DNA of 64,000 nucleotides from assembly GCA_015493745.1 (NCBI GenBank), contig WGCN01000029.1, positions 5,137 to 69,136 of the forward strand, in the 5' to 3' direction. This stretch comes from Calditrichales bacterium (GTDB lineage: Bacteria; Calditrichota; Calditrichia; Calditrichales; J004). How positions within the stretch are numbered: the stretch's first letter is position 1; every line of letters starts with the position of its first letter. Below the pieces are notes generated by a model. It searched no databases and was not told the origin of the DNA. It was given only the letters and a program-made list of their open reading frames with translations. Shown here piece by piece: positions 57,080 through 64,000 of the stretch. A program made the position numbers and the translations under genes.

Positions 57080-60000
57080 CTAATCTTCATTTAATAGGGC
57101 GTTGAGATCGTCATCGGATAAGTCGGTGACGTCTCCCAGTAAATCGGCCAGTTCCTCTTCATCCAGGGATTCGGTCAGCGCCTCGGTTATGGCGGCGGCG
57201 ATACCGTCCACGGTGGGGTTCTCAAACAGCACACGCAGGGGGACTTCCACCGCGAATTTTTCCTGTATCAGGGACATTACCTGTGTTCCCAGCATGGAGT
57301 GGCCGCCCAGTTCGAAAAAATTGTCATAAACCCCCACTTTCTCAATGCGCAACACCGAGGCGACGATGGCGGCCAGTTCTTCTTCCGTTTCGGTGCGCGG
57401 CGCCACATATTCGGCGCTGAGCTGGCTGCGCAGGTCTTCGGGAACCGGCAGGGCGCGGCGGTTGACCTTGCCGCCGGGAAGCATGGGGATGGTGTCCAAC
57501 TCGATAAAAGCCGCGGGTACCATGTAAGGCGGCAGTTGTTTTTGCAGGAAGTCTCTTAATGCGCTGATCTCCGGCCGGCTACCGGCATGGGGGCGGAAAT
57601 AGCCCACCAGTTGTTTTTCGCCATGACCATCCCTTTTAACCGCCACCAGGGCCGTATCCAGATCGGGATGCGCGGCCAGGATGTTTTCCACCTCGCCGGG
57701 TTCGATTCGGAAGCCGCGAATTTTTACCTGCTGATCCACGCGGCCCATAAATTCCAGATTCCCGTCATCATGCAGGCGCACCTTGTCTCCCGTGCGATAC
57801 ATCCGCCCCTTCTCCGCAAACGGATGGGGGACAAAAGCGGCGCTTTCCTCCTCCGGACGGTTCAGATAACCCAGGGCCAGATTGTCGCCGGCAATGCACA
57901 GTTCGCCGGGCAGACCCGGGGGCAGCAGGTTGCGGTGGTTATCCAACACATAAAGCTCGCGGTTGGCGTTGGCCGTGCCGATGGGGATACTGTGATAGCG
58001 TTCCAGGACAGTCTCATCGGCGGGCACGTCATAACAGGTGGCGGTAATGACCGTCTCCGTGGGCCCGTAGGCATTGATCAGTCTTACCTGCCGGAAAGGC
58101 GAGGCCCACCACTGTTTTAAGGCGGCGGGGCTCATGGCATCGCCACCGGAAATTACCAGACGCAGGGTGGGACAGGTGATTTCCTTTTCGTTTTTTTGCA
58201 GATAGGCACACCACAGGTTCCAGTAAGCGGTAGTGGGATTGACCACGGTCAGGCCGTATTCGTTTATCTTTTCGGCGAAGCGTTCCACGGGCCAGATATC
58301 CTCATCACGCATAACGATGGTGGCCCCGGCCAGCAGGGGGGATAATATCTGCTCCAGGGAGGCGTCAAAGTTCATGGCCGCGAATTGCAGGGTCACATCA
58401 TCCGCGCTCAGGGTAAAGTATTGCGTCATGTCCACGGTATGGTCGGCCATGGCGCGATGACTGACGAGCACGCCCTTGGGTTTCCCAGTGGAGCCGGAGG
58501 TATAAATCAGATAGGCGGGGGCCTCTTCCCCCGGCGCGTCCCCGGGCTCTGCCGCGGCAGCCTGATCATTTGTATCCATTACCGTTAAGCGCTCGCCGGA
58601 AAACAATTCCTTTCCCAAAGAGGCCAGTTCTTCTTCCACCATCAGGGTGACGGCTCCGCTGTCTTCCAGCATAAATTGTAAACGCTCCCGCGGGTAGGAC
58701 GGGTCTATGGGTAAATAGACGGCGCCGTGTCCCATAACCGCCAGCATGGCGGCCACGGTGTGTGGTGAGCGCCGGGCCAGCACGGCCACTACCTGACCGG
58801 GTTGGATATGTTTATCCCGCAGTTGCTTCCTCAGACTATAAATCCGTTTTCTCAGCCCGGCATAGCTCATCGAAGTGTTGCCGGCACGCAGGGCCGTTTT
58901 TTCGCCCCGTAGTTCACATTGTGCCAGTATGGAAGGGATGAGAAGTTCCGTGGCCCGTACCCGTCTGCTGTTTTTCTTACTCCGGTGCAACGCTTGTTCT
59001 TGTTCGGCGGAGCTTAGCAGGGGCAGCAGTTCGATTTCCCGGGTGGCCTCCCGGCTCATCTCCCGCACGATGCGTTCAAAGTGGCGGATCATGCGTTTAA
59101 CGGTTTCGCCCTTAAACAGATCGGTGTTATACTCGACCTTGCCATCGAGGCGTTCATTCTGTTCCGTAAAATTAAAAATGAGATCAAATTTTGTGGTTTT
59201 GTTTTCAAACTCAAGCAGTTCCAGTTCAACGCCGGGCAATTTCAGGGCGCCCACGGGGGCATTGTTAAACACCAGCATGGTCTGGAACAGGGGAGAGTGG
59301 CTCATGCTTCTTTCGGGATCGAGTTTCTCCACCAGGGTTTCAAAGGGCAAATCCTGATGACCGTAAGCGCCGATCATGGTCTCCTTTACCCGTTTTAACA
59401 AAGTGGCCACGCTGGGATTGTCGCGCACATCGGCACGGATGACCAGGGTGTTGATAAAAAAACCGATCAGCGGCTCGGTTTCGGCGCGGTTGCGGTTGGC
59501 GATGGGGGTGCCGACGGCAAAATCATCCTGGCCGCTATAACGCAGCATCAGAATCTCAAAAGCGGCCATTAAGGCCATGAACAGGGTGACGTCATGGGCG
59601 TCGGCCAGCTTTTTTAAGGCTGCCGTGTTTTCGGTATCAAGCTGAAAGGTAATGTAATCCCCGTTATGGCTTTGATAGGCCGGCCGGGGAAAGTCCGTGG
59701 GCAGGTCAAGCACCGGAGGCAGACCGTCCAGCTTTTCCGTCCAGTAATCCAGTTGTTTTTGCAGGGTTTTCCCGGAGAGCCATTTACGCTGCCAGGCGGC
59801 AAAATCGGCATACTGTATGGTCAAGGGGGTAAAGTCAACCGTTTTTCCTGCGGCCAGGGGCGGGTAGAGCTCCATAAACTCTTTTATCAGCACACCGGTG
59901 GACCAGTTGTCCGATACAATGTGATGCAGGGTCAATACCAGCACATGTTCCTTGTCATGCTGGCGAAACAGACGAACACGTATCGGGGCCTTATCCCTCA

Positions 60001-60433
60001 GGTTAAAGGAATGGCCGGCCTCCGCCTTGATGGCCTCGTGAATATCTCCGGTGGCGCCGTGATCGATAATTTCAAAATCCAGCTTAAAGTCACTATGAAC
60101 TTTTTGCCGGGCTTCGGCGCCCTCTTTAAAAAAAGTGGTGCGCAGCACTTCATGCTTGTTCACGATCAGCTCAAAGGCCCGGCGCAGGGCCTCAACATTA
60201 AGCTCTCCGGTAATGCGCACCGGCGAACAAATATTATAAAGCGGACTGCCCGGTTCCAGCTGATCCAGGAACCATAAACGCTGCTGGGCAAAGGAGAGGG
60301 GAAAGCTCTCCTCATCACCGCTGCGGGGCAGTATGGGCATTTGTGAAAGATCCACCCCCTGTTCCTGAAGCATCATCTCTAACACCGCCCGTTTTTCAGG
60401 GGGCAGCTTGGCTATTTGGTCGTAAATCGACAT
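57080..60433 (-). CDS. NRPS, module 1 (C-A-T)
   Basis: FPLSFAQQRLWFLDQLEPG, HHIVSDNWS, YTSGSTGKPKG, carrier GGHSMLGTQ. Hand-extracted code DAENIGAITK; the nearest canonical code I recall is Lys, DAESIGSVCK. Acidic tail DLSDDDLNALLNED. Confidence 0.95.
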   Translation of the reverse strand: MSIYDQIAKLPPEKRAVLEMMLQEQGVDLSQMPILPRSGDEESFPLSFAQQRLWFLDQLEPGSPLYNICSPVRITGELNVEALRRAFELIVNKHEVLRTTFFKEGAEARQKVHSDFKLDFEIIDHGATGDIHEAIKAEAGHSFNLRDKAPIRVRLFRQHDKEHVLVLTLHHIVSDNWSTGVLIKEFMELYPPLAAGKTVDFTPLTIQYADFAAWQRKWLSGKTLQKQLDYWTEKLDGLPPVLDLPTDFPRPAYQSHNGDYITFQLDTENTAALKKLADAHDVTLFMALMAAFEILMLRYSGQDDFAVGTPIANRNRAETEPLIGFFINTLVIRADVRDNPSVATLLKRVKETMIGAYGHQDLPFETLVEKLDPERSMSHSPLFQTMLVFNNAPVGALKLPGVELELLEFENKTTKFDLIFNFTEQNERLDGKVEYNTDLFKGETVKRMIRHFERIVREMSREATREIELLPLLSSAEQEQALHRSKKNSRRVRATELLIPSILAQCELRGEKTALRAGNTSMSYAGLRKRIYSLRKQLRDKHIQPGQVVAVLARRSPHTVAAMLAVMGHGAVYLPIDPSYPRERLQFMLEDSGAVTLMVEEELASLGKELFSGERLTVMDTNDQAAAAEPGDAPGEEAPAYLIYTSGSTGKPKGVLVSHRAMADHTVDMTQYFTLSADDVTLQFAAMNFDASLEQILSPLLAGATIVMRDEDIWPVERFAEKINEYGLTVVNPTTAYWNLWCAYLQKNEKEITCPTLRLVISGGDAMSPAALKQWWASPFRQVRLINAYGPTETVITATCYDVPADETVLERYHSIPIGTANANRELYVLDNHRNLLPPGLPGELCIAGDNLALGYLNRPEEESAAFVPHPFAEKGRMYRTGDKVRLHDDGNLEFMGRVDQQVKIRGFRIEPGEVENILAAHPDLDTALVAVKRDGHGEKQLVGYFRPHAGSRPEISALRDFLQKQLPPYMVPAAFIELDTIPMLPGGKVNRRALPVPEDLRSQLSAEYVAPRTETEEELAAIVASVLRIEKVGVYDNFFELGGHSMLGTQVMSLIQEKFAVEVPLRVLFENPTVDGIAAAITEALTESLDEEELADLLGDVTDLSDDDLNALLNED

Positions 60434-60471
60434 ATGTGTTTTCTTTTTCCTTTAAAACCAGCGGTTGCTAA

Positions 60472-63400
60472 TTAAGAATCGTTCCTTTTCAGCATGGCTT
60501 TGATCTCTTCCTCACTCATATTTTCCACCTTGCTCAGCATGTCGCTTAACATATCTTCCTGCTTCTCCGTGGTAGAACGGGCCTGTTCAATCTGCACGGC
60601 CACACCGGCGATGGTCGGATTCTCAAAAAGGCTTTTAACCGGTACATCCACTTTAAAGCGTTCACGCATGCGTGATATAAGCTGGGTGCCCATCAGTGAG
60701 TTGCCCCCCAGGTCGAAAAAGTCGTCATGAATGCCCACCTGTCCGATACCTAAAAGCTGTTGCCAGACCGTGGCGATCTCTTTTTCCAGATCGTTGCGCG
60801 GCGCGACATAAGGGGTGGGCAGGTTGGGGCGGTCATACAGGGTACGCTCTTCCGCGTCATTTTCCCCCTCCGCGGCCCGGCCGTACTGCCACTTTTCAAA
60901 ACGTTCATCCAGGTTCTCCGTGGAAACGGCCATCTGGTTGATGTGGGTTTGTGAAAAAAGAAGGTCAAACAATGCCGGAGCCTGTTCCGCCTTAATGCCA
61001 TGCCCCGAATCGCCGGGGTTAAAAATCCAGCCGTCCCAGTTTACCGTGATCAATCCCGCTTGCTCATGGGAAAGCGCCAGCGCATCCATATAGGCATTGG
61101 CCGTTCCGTAGGCGCCGAAACCGTATCCCCCCAGAAGGGCCGAAAGGGACGATTGGAGGAATACCCGGGGCACATTATGTTCCCGGGCAAATTTTACAAC
61201 ATGGTCGCTTCCTTTGACCTTGGCGGAAAAGGTCTCTTCGGCAGACCCGTCCGTCCGGCCCGCCACGGGGACGATGATACTGTTTCCCACAAGACCGGCG
61301 GCATGGATCAGGATATCCGGCGACAAGTCCGCGGGCCAGACTTTTTCCAGGGCGCCCTCCACGCTGATGTCGGCTTGCAAAAAGGAAATACGGCTGCCCC
61401 TTTTTTCGGCACGGGCATATATCTCCGCTTTGCGCTGTTGTGCCTCATTCAGGGCACCGGGGGCGTTCCACGTCTTAGCCTCCGGAAATCCGGAGCGGCT
61501 CAGCAGATAAAAACGGGCGCTGCATTTTTGACTGATATAGTCTATGTACAAGGCGGCCAGATTGCCTGTTCCGCCGGTGATCAGAATAACGGGCTGATTG
61601 AAATTATCCCAGAAGGCACCGTCGCTTTTTGCCGGAAGGTGTTCGAATTCCTGCGTAAAGAGCTGTCCGTTACGCAGGGCGGTTAGCTTATTGTTGAAGG
61701 TCTTGCCGTCCAGCAGGGCGGGGATGCGTTCCAGGCTCTGGCGGTCGCTGTCAACCCAACTGAAGCTAAAAGCGGCCTGCTCCACAACCAGTGAACGTAA
61801 CAGGGCCGTCAGCGCCGCGATAGCCGGCACACCCTTTTCATCCGGTAAAACCTTAAAGGCCTGTGTGGTGATCAGGAAGAGGTGGCGGGGGCTGTCAAAA
61901 GATAGCTCCGACAGGGCGGATTTCAGGCGGTTGAAGTTTTGGGCCAGATCTTCTCCGGAATCGGGGGAAAATATCAGATTTTCGCCCTTATCATCCGCGC
62001 TGTAACTTTTCAGGTTCAGCCTGTGGTTTGCAAAAACATCTTTCAGTTCAGCGGGCAAATCACCCAGGGTGAGGAGATAACCGGATACTTCGGCGCGGGG
62101 ATTTTCAAAAGACCGTTTCCAGTAGGGTGCGTAGAACCATTGCCGGGGATTGTTGCCGCTGCCGATGACCTTTGCCCCCCCTTTGGGTATGGCCAGCAAA
62201 TAGGGTTTCTTTTCAAAAGGATAGGTGGGCAGGGGGACACGCAACCGTTTCTCATCCTCAAAAAGTGTTTCCGGCTTCAGCGGCAAACCGGCCAGCCAAA
62301 AGCGGCCCAGGGTGGTCAGGAAGAAAGAGACGTCGTCCATTTCTTCCCGCGGATGACGCATGGAGGAGAGGATGACCCGGTTTAAATCCTTGGACGGGTG
62401 CCGTACTGCCAGGGAGTTGAGGGTTTTCCCGGGACCCACCTCCAGAAGAATACCGTCAAAATCCTGATAAAGGGTACTCAGATTGTCGTTGAAACGAACC
62501 GTGGAACGTAAATGACGGGCATAGTAGGACGGTGAGGTCGCCTCTTCCGCGGTGATCCAGTCGCCGCTGACATTGGAGAGGTAGGCAATTTGCGGTTTGT
62601 GCATGGGGATTTGCGCGCAAACCTGCTCAAACTCTTTTAGAATCGGATCCATCATCGGGGAATGAAATGCGTGAGAGGTATGCAGCGACCGGCATTCGAT
62701 CCCCTTTGCTTTCAAGGCCTCCGCCACGGCGGAGATGGCCTCTCCCGTACCGGAAAGGACCGTCGAGCCTTTACTGTTTATGGCGCCGATGACCACCTCA
62801 CCGGAAAGATACGGAGCCACGGCATGTTCATCGAGGGGCACGCTGAGCATGGCACCCTCCGGCAGGGATTGCATCAGACGGCCGCGCAGGGCCACCAGTT
62901 TCAAAGCATCATCCAACGAGAAAACCCCGGCCAAATGGGCGGCCACATATTCGCCGATGGAATGTCCGGCCATGGCTTGCGGCGTAACGCCAAAGCTTTC
63001 CCATAAACGGCTGAGCGCATACTCGGTTACAAAAAGGGCCGGCTGGGTGTATTGCGTTTGCATCAAATGCAGGGCGGCCGTTTCGCGATCCTTGTCATCT
63101 GCCAGGATTAGATCGCGGATATCCCTGTTGAGATGGGGCTGCAAACTTTCGGCGCATTCATCCACCGCATTGCGGTAAACGGAATATTTTTGATAAAGCC
63201 CTTTACCCATAAGGGCATACTGACTGCCCTGTCCGGAAAATAAAAAGGCGGTCTTGGGGGGATGGGGGTCTTTTTTATGTCCCATGCCCAGCAGCCGCTT
63301 GGGATCGCTGCCGCGCAGCAGTTCCACGGCTTCCCGGGCCGAGTGTGCCAGAACAAAACGGCGTTGGGAAAAAGCCTTGCGTCCCACGATAAGCGTATGG

Positions 63401-64000
63401 GCAATGTCTGCCGGATTTTGCTCCGGGTGGGCTTCAATATGATCCACCAGGCGCCGGGTTTGTGCATCAAGGGCCGCCGGGGTCTTGGCCGAAAGGGTCA
63501 ATAAAAAAGGCCCCGGTGATGACATGCTTTCAACCGGGGGGGGCTCCTGGATGATCACATGGGCGTTGGTACCGCCGATGCCGAAGGAGCTTATGGCCGC
63601 CCGGCGGGGCAGACCGTTTTTGACAGGCCAGTCCTGTAAGCGGTTATTGACATAAAAGGGGGTCTGGCTAAAGTCGATTTGCGGATTGGGACTTTGATAA
63701 TGAACCGTGGGTGGAATCTGTTTATGCTGCAAGGCCAGCACGCTTTTGATAAAACCGGCGATTCCGGCGGCGGCGTCCAGATGACCGATATTGCTTTTGA
63801 CCGATCCGATGGCGATGCTTTGCGGCTGCCACTCTTCCTCAGTGAAAATTTGTTTTAAGGCGGCCACTTCGATGGGGTCACCCAGTTCGGTACCGGTGCC
63901 GTGGCACTCGATATAACCTATATCCGCGGGAGAGATTCCGGCCAGGGCCTGGGCCGTGGCGATGGCGTCAGCCTGACCTTCCACGCTGGGGGCGGTATAA
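60472..64000 (-). CDS. Type I PKS module (KS-AT-KR-carrier); the 5' end lies beyond the right edge of the window
   Basis: The reading frame is open to position 64000, so the M at 63984 is internal. KS C-terminal motifs ECHGTGTELGDP and NIGHLDAAAG. AT motifs GQGSQ, GHSIGE and HAFHS (malonyl type). KR motifs ITGGTGNLA, AKVKG and YGTANAY. Carrier FFDLGGNSL. Confidence 0.95.
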   Translation of the reverse strand, partial: YTAPSVEGQADAIATAQALAGISPADIGYIECHGTGTELGDPIEVAALKQIFTEEEWQPQSIAIGSVKSNIGHLDAAAGIAGFIKSVLALQHKQIPPTVHYQSPNPQIDFSQTPFYVNNRLQDWPVKNGLPRRAAISSFGIGGTNAHVIIQEPPPVESMSSPGPFLLTLSAKTPAALDAQTRRLVDHIEAHPEQNPADIAHTLIVGRKAFSQRRFVLAHSAREAVELLRGSDPKRLLGMGHKKDPHPPKTAFLFSGQGSQYALMGKGLYQKYSVYRNAVDECAESLQPHLNRDIRDLILADDKDRETAALHLMQTQYTQPALFVTEYALSRLWESFGVTPQAMAGHSIGEYVAAHLAGVFSLDDALKLVALRGRLMQSLPEGAMLSVPLDEHAVAPYLSGEVVIGAINSKGSTVLSGTGEAISAVAEALKAKGIECRSLHTSHAFHSPMMDPILKEFEQVCAQIPMHKPQIAYLSNVSGDWITAEEATSPSYYARHLRSTVRFNDNLSTLYQDFDGILLEVGPGKTLNSLAVRHPSKDLNRVILSSMRHPREEMDDVSFFLTTLGRFWLAGLPLKPETLFEDEKRLRVPLPTYPFEKKPYLLAIPKGGAKVIGSGNNPRQWFYAPYWKRSFENPRAEVSGYLLTLGDLPAELKDVFANHRLNLKSYSADDKGENLIFSPDSGEDLAQNFNRLKSALSELSFDSPRHLFLITTQAFKVLPDEKGVPAIAALTALLRSLVVEQAAFSFSWVDSDRQSLERIPALLDGKTFNNKLTALRNGQLFTQEFEHLPAKSDGAFWDNFNQPVILITGGTGNLAALYIDYISQKCSARFYLLSRSGFPEAKTWNAPGALNEAQQRKAEIYARAEKRGSRISFLQADISVEGALEKVWPADLSPDILIHAAGLVGNSIIVPVAGRTDGSAEETFSAKVKGSDHVVKFAREHNVPRVFLQSSLSALLGGYGFGAYGTANAYMDALALSHEQAGLITVNWDGWIFNPGDSGHGIKAEQAPALFDLLFSQTHINQMAVSTENLDERFEKWQYGRAAEGENDAEERTLYDRPNLPTPYVAPRNDLEKEIATVWQQLLGIGQVGIHDDFFDLGGNSLMGTQLISRMRERFKVDVPVKSLFENPTIAGVAVQIEQARSTTEKQEDMLSDMLSKVENMSEEEIKAMLKRNDS
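60580..60798 (-). other. Carrier domain of the PKS module, with PCP-like sequence
   Basis: YVAPRNDLEKEIATVWQQLLGIGQVGIHDDFFDLGGNSLMGTQLISRMRERF. This follows the same YVAPRN...FF.LGG.SL pattern as the NRPS carriers in this window. Confidence 0.75.
60910..61593 (-). other. Ketoreductase catalytic subdomain
   Basis: VILITGGTGNLAALY Rossmann motif, then K (AKVKG), S (LQSSLSA) and Y (AYGTANAY). There is no LDD motif after HAAG (HAAGLVGNS), which suggests an A-type KR, at low confidence. Confidence 0.7.
62350..63252 (-). other. Acyltransferase domain, malonyl-CoA type
   Basis: FLFSGQGSQY; GHSIGE (Ser codon 62959..62961); HTSHAFHSPMM, i.e. the HAFH motif associated with malonate rather than YASH. 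Confidence 0.8.
63541..64000 (-). other. KS domain, C-terminal part
   Basis: YIECHGTGTELGDPIE, SVKSNIGHLDAAAGIAG and GGTNAHVIIQEPP. Confidence 0.85.

Noticed and set aside
12691-60433. Approximately 3.1-3.2-kb periodic self-similarity; considered as repeat elements, a CRISPR-like array or mobile DNA
   Set aside because: The period equals one C-A-T module and the similarity follows conserved NRPS core motifs. No terminal inverted repeats, transposase, integrase or short spacer-repeat structure was seen anywhere in the window.

Overview
All supportable genes in this 64-kb window are on the minus strand. About 57 kb (6549..64000) is one hybrid PKS-NRPS biosynthetic gene cluster. In transcription order (right to left) it contains: a PKS whose 5' end lies outside the window (KS-AT-KR-carrier); six NRPS genes totalling 13 modules (C-A-T | C-A-T-ST-C-A-T-E | C-A-T-C-A-T | C-A-T-C-A-T-E | C-A-T-C-A-T | four C-A-T modules plus TE); an MFS exporter; an MbtH-like protein; a small membrane protein; a type II thioesterase; an Sfp-type PPTase; and sulfotransferases. 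I aligned the A domains by hand to GrsA-PheA. The resulting specificity codes suggest a 3-hydroxyacyl-X(Lys-like)-Ser-D-Ser-Ser-Phe-Ser-D-Gln-X-Phe-Orn-Asn-Tyr-Tyr lipotridecapeptide. The most unusual feature is sulfation capacity. There are three free-standing sulfotransferase genes: a tandem paralogue pair, and a third gene lying between two NRPS genes. There is also a CurM/olefin-synthase-type sulfotransferase domain embedded inside an NRPS module, between the carrier of a Ser-type module and the next C domain. I do not know of a described T-ST-C arrangement like this. It suggests on-line O-sulfonation of a carrier-bound serine, either retained or used as a leaving group to form dehydroalanine. 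The left 6.5 kb holds a lipoprotein, a GAF/sigma-54 activator, a Hanks-type Ser/Thr kinase with PEGA repeats, and a TPR-like membrane protein. Next comes a well-spaced sigma-54 promoter with two 16-bp direct repeats upstream of it. That promoter sits in front of a truncated secreted protein gene. I saw no tRNA, rRNA, CRISPR array or mobile element. Taxonomic origin cannot be determined from the sequence alone. All domain calls rest on motifs read from the supplied translations; no database search was run.
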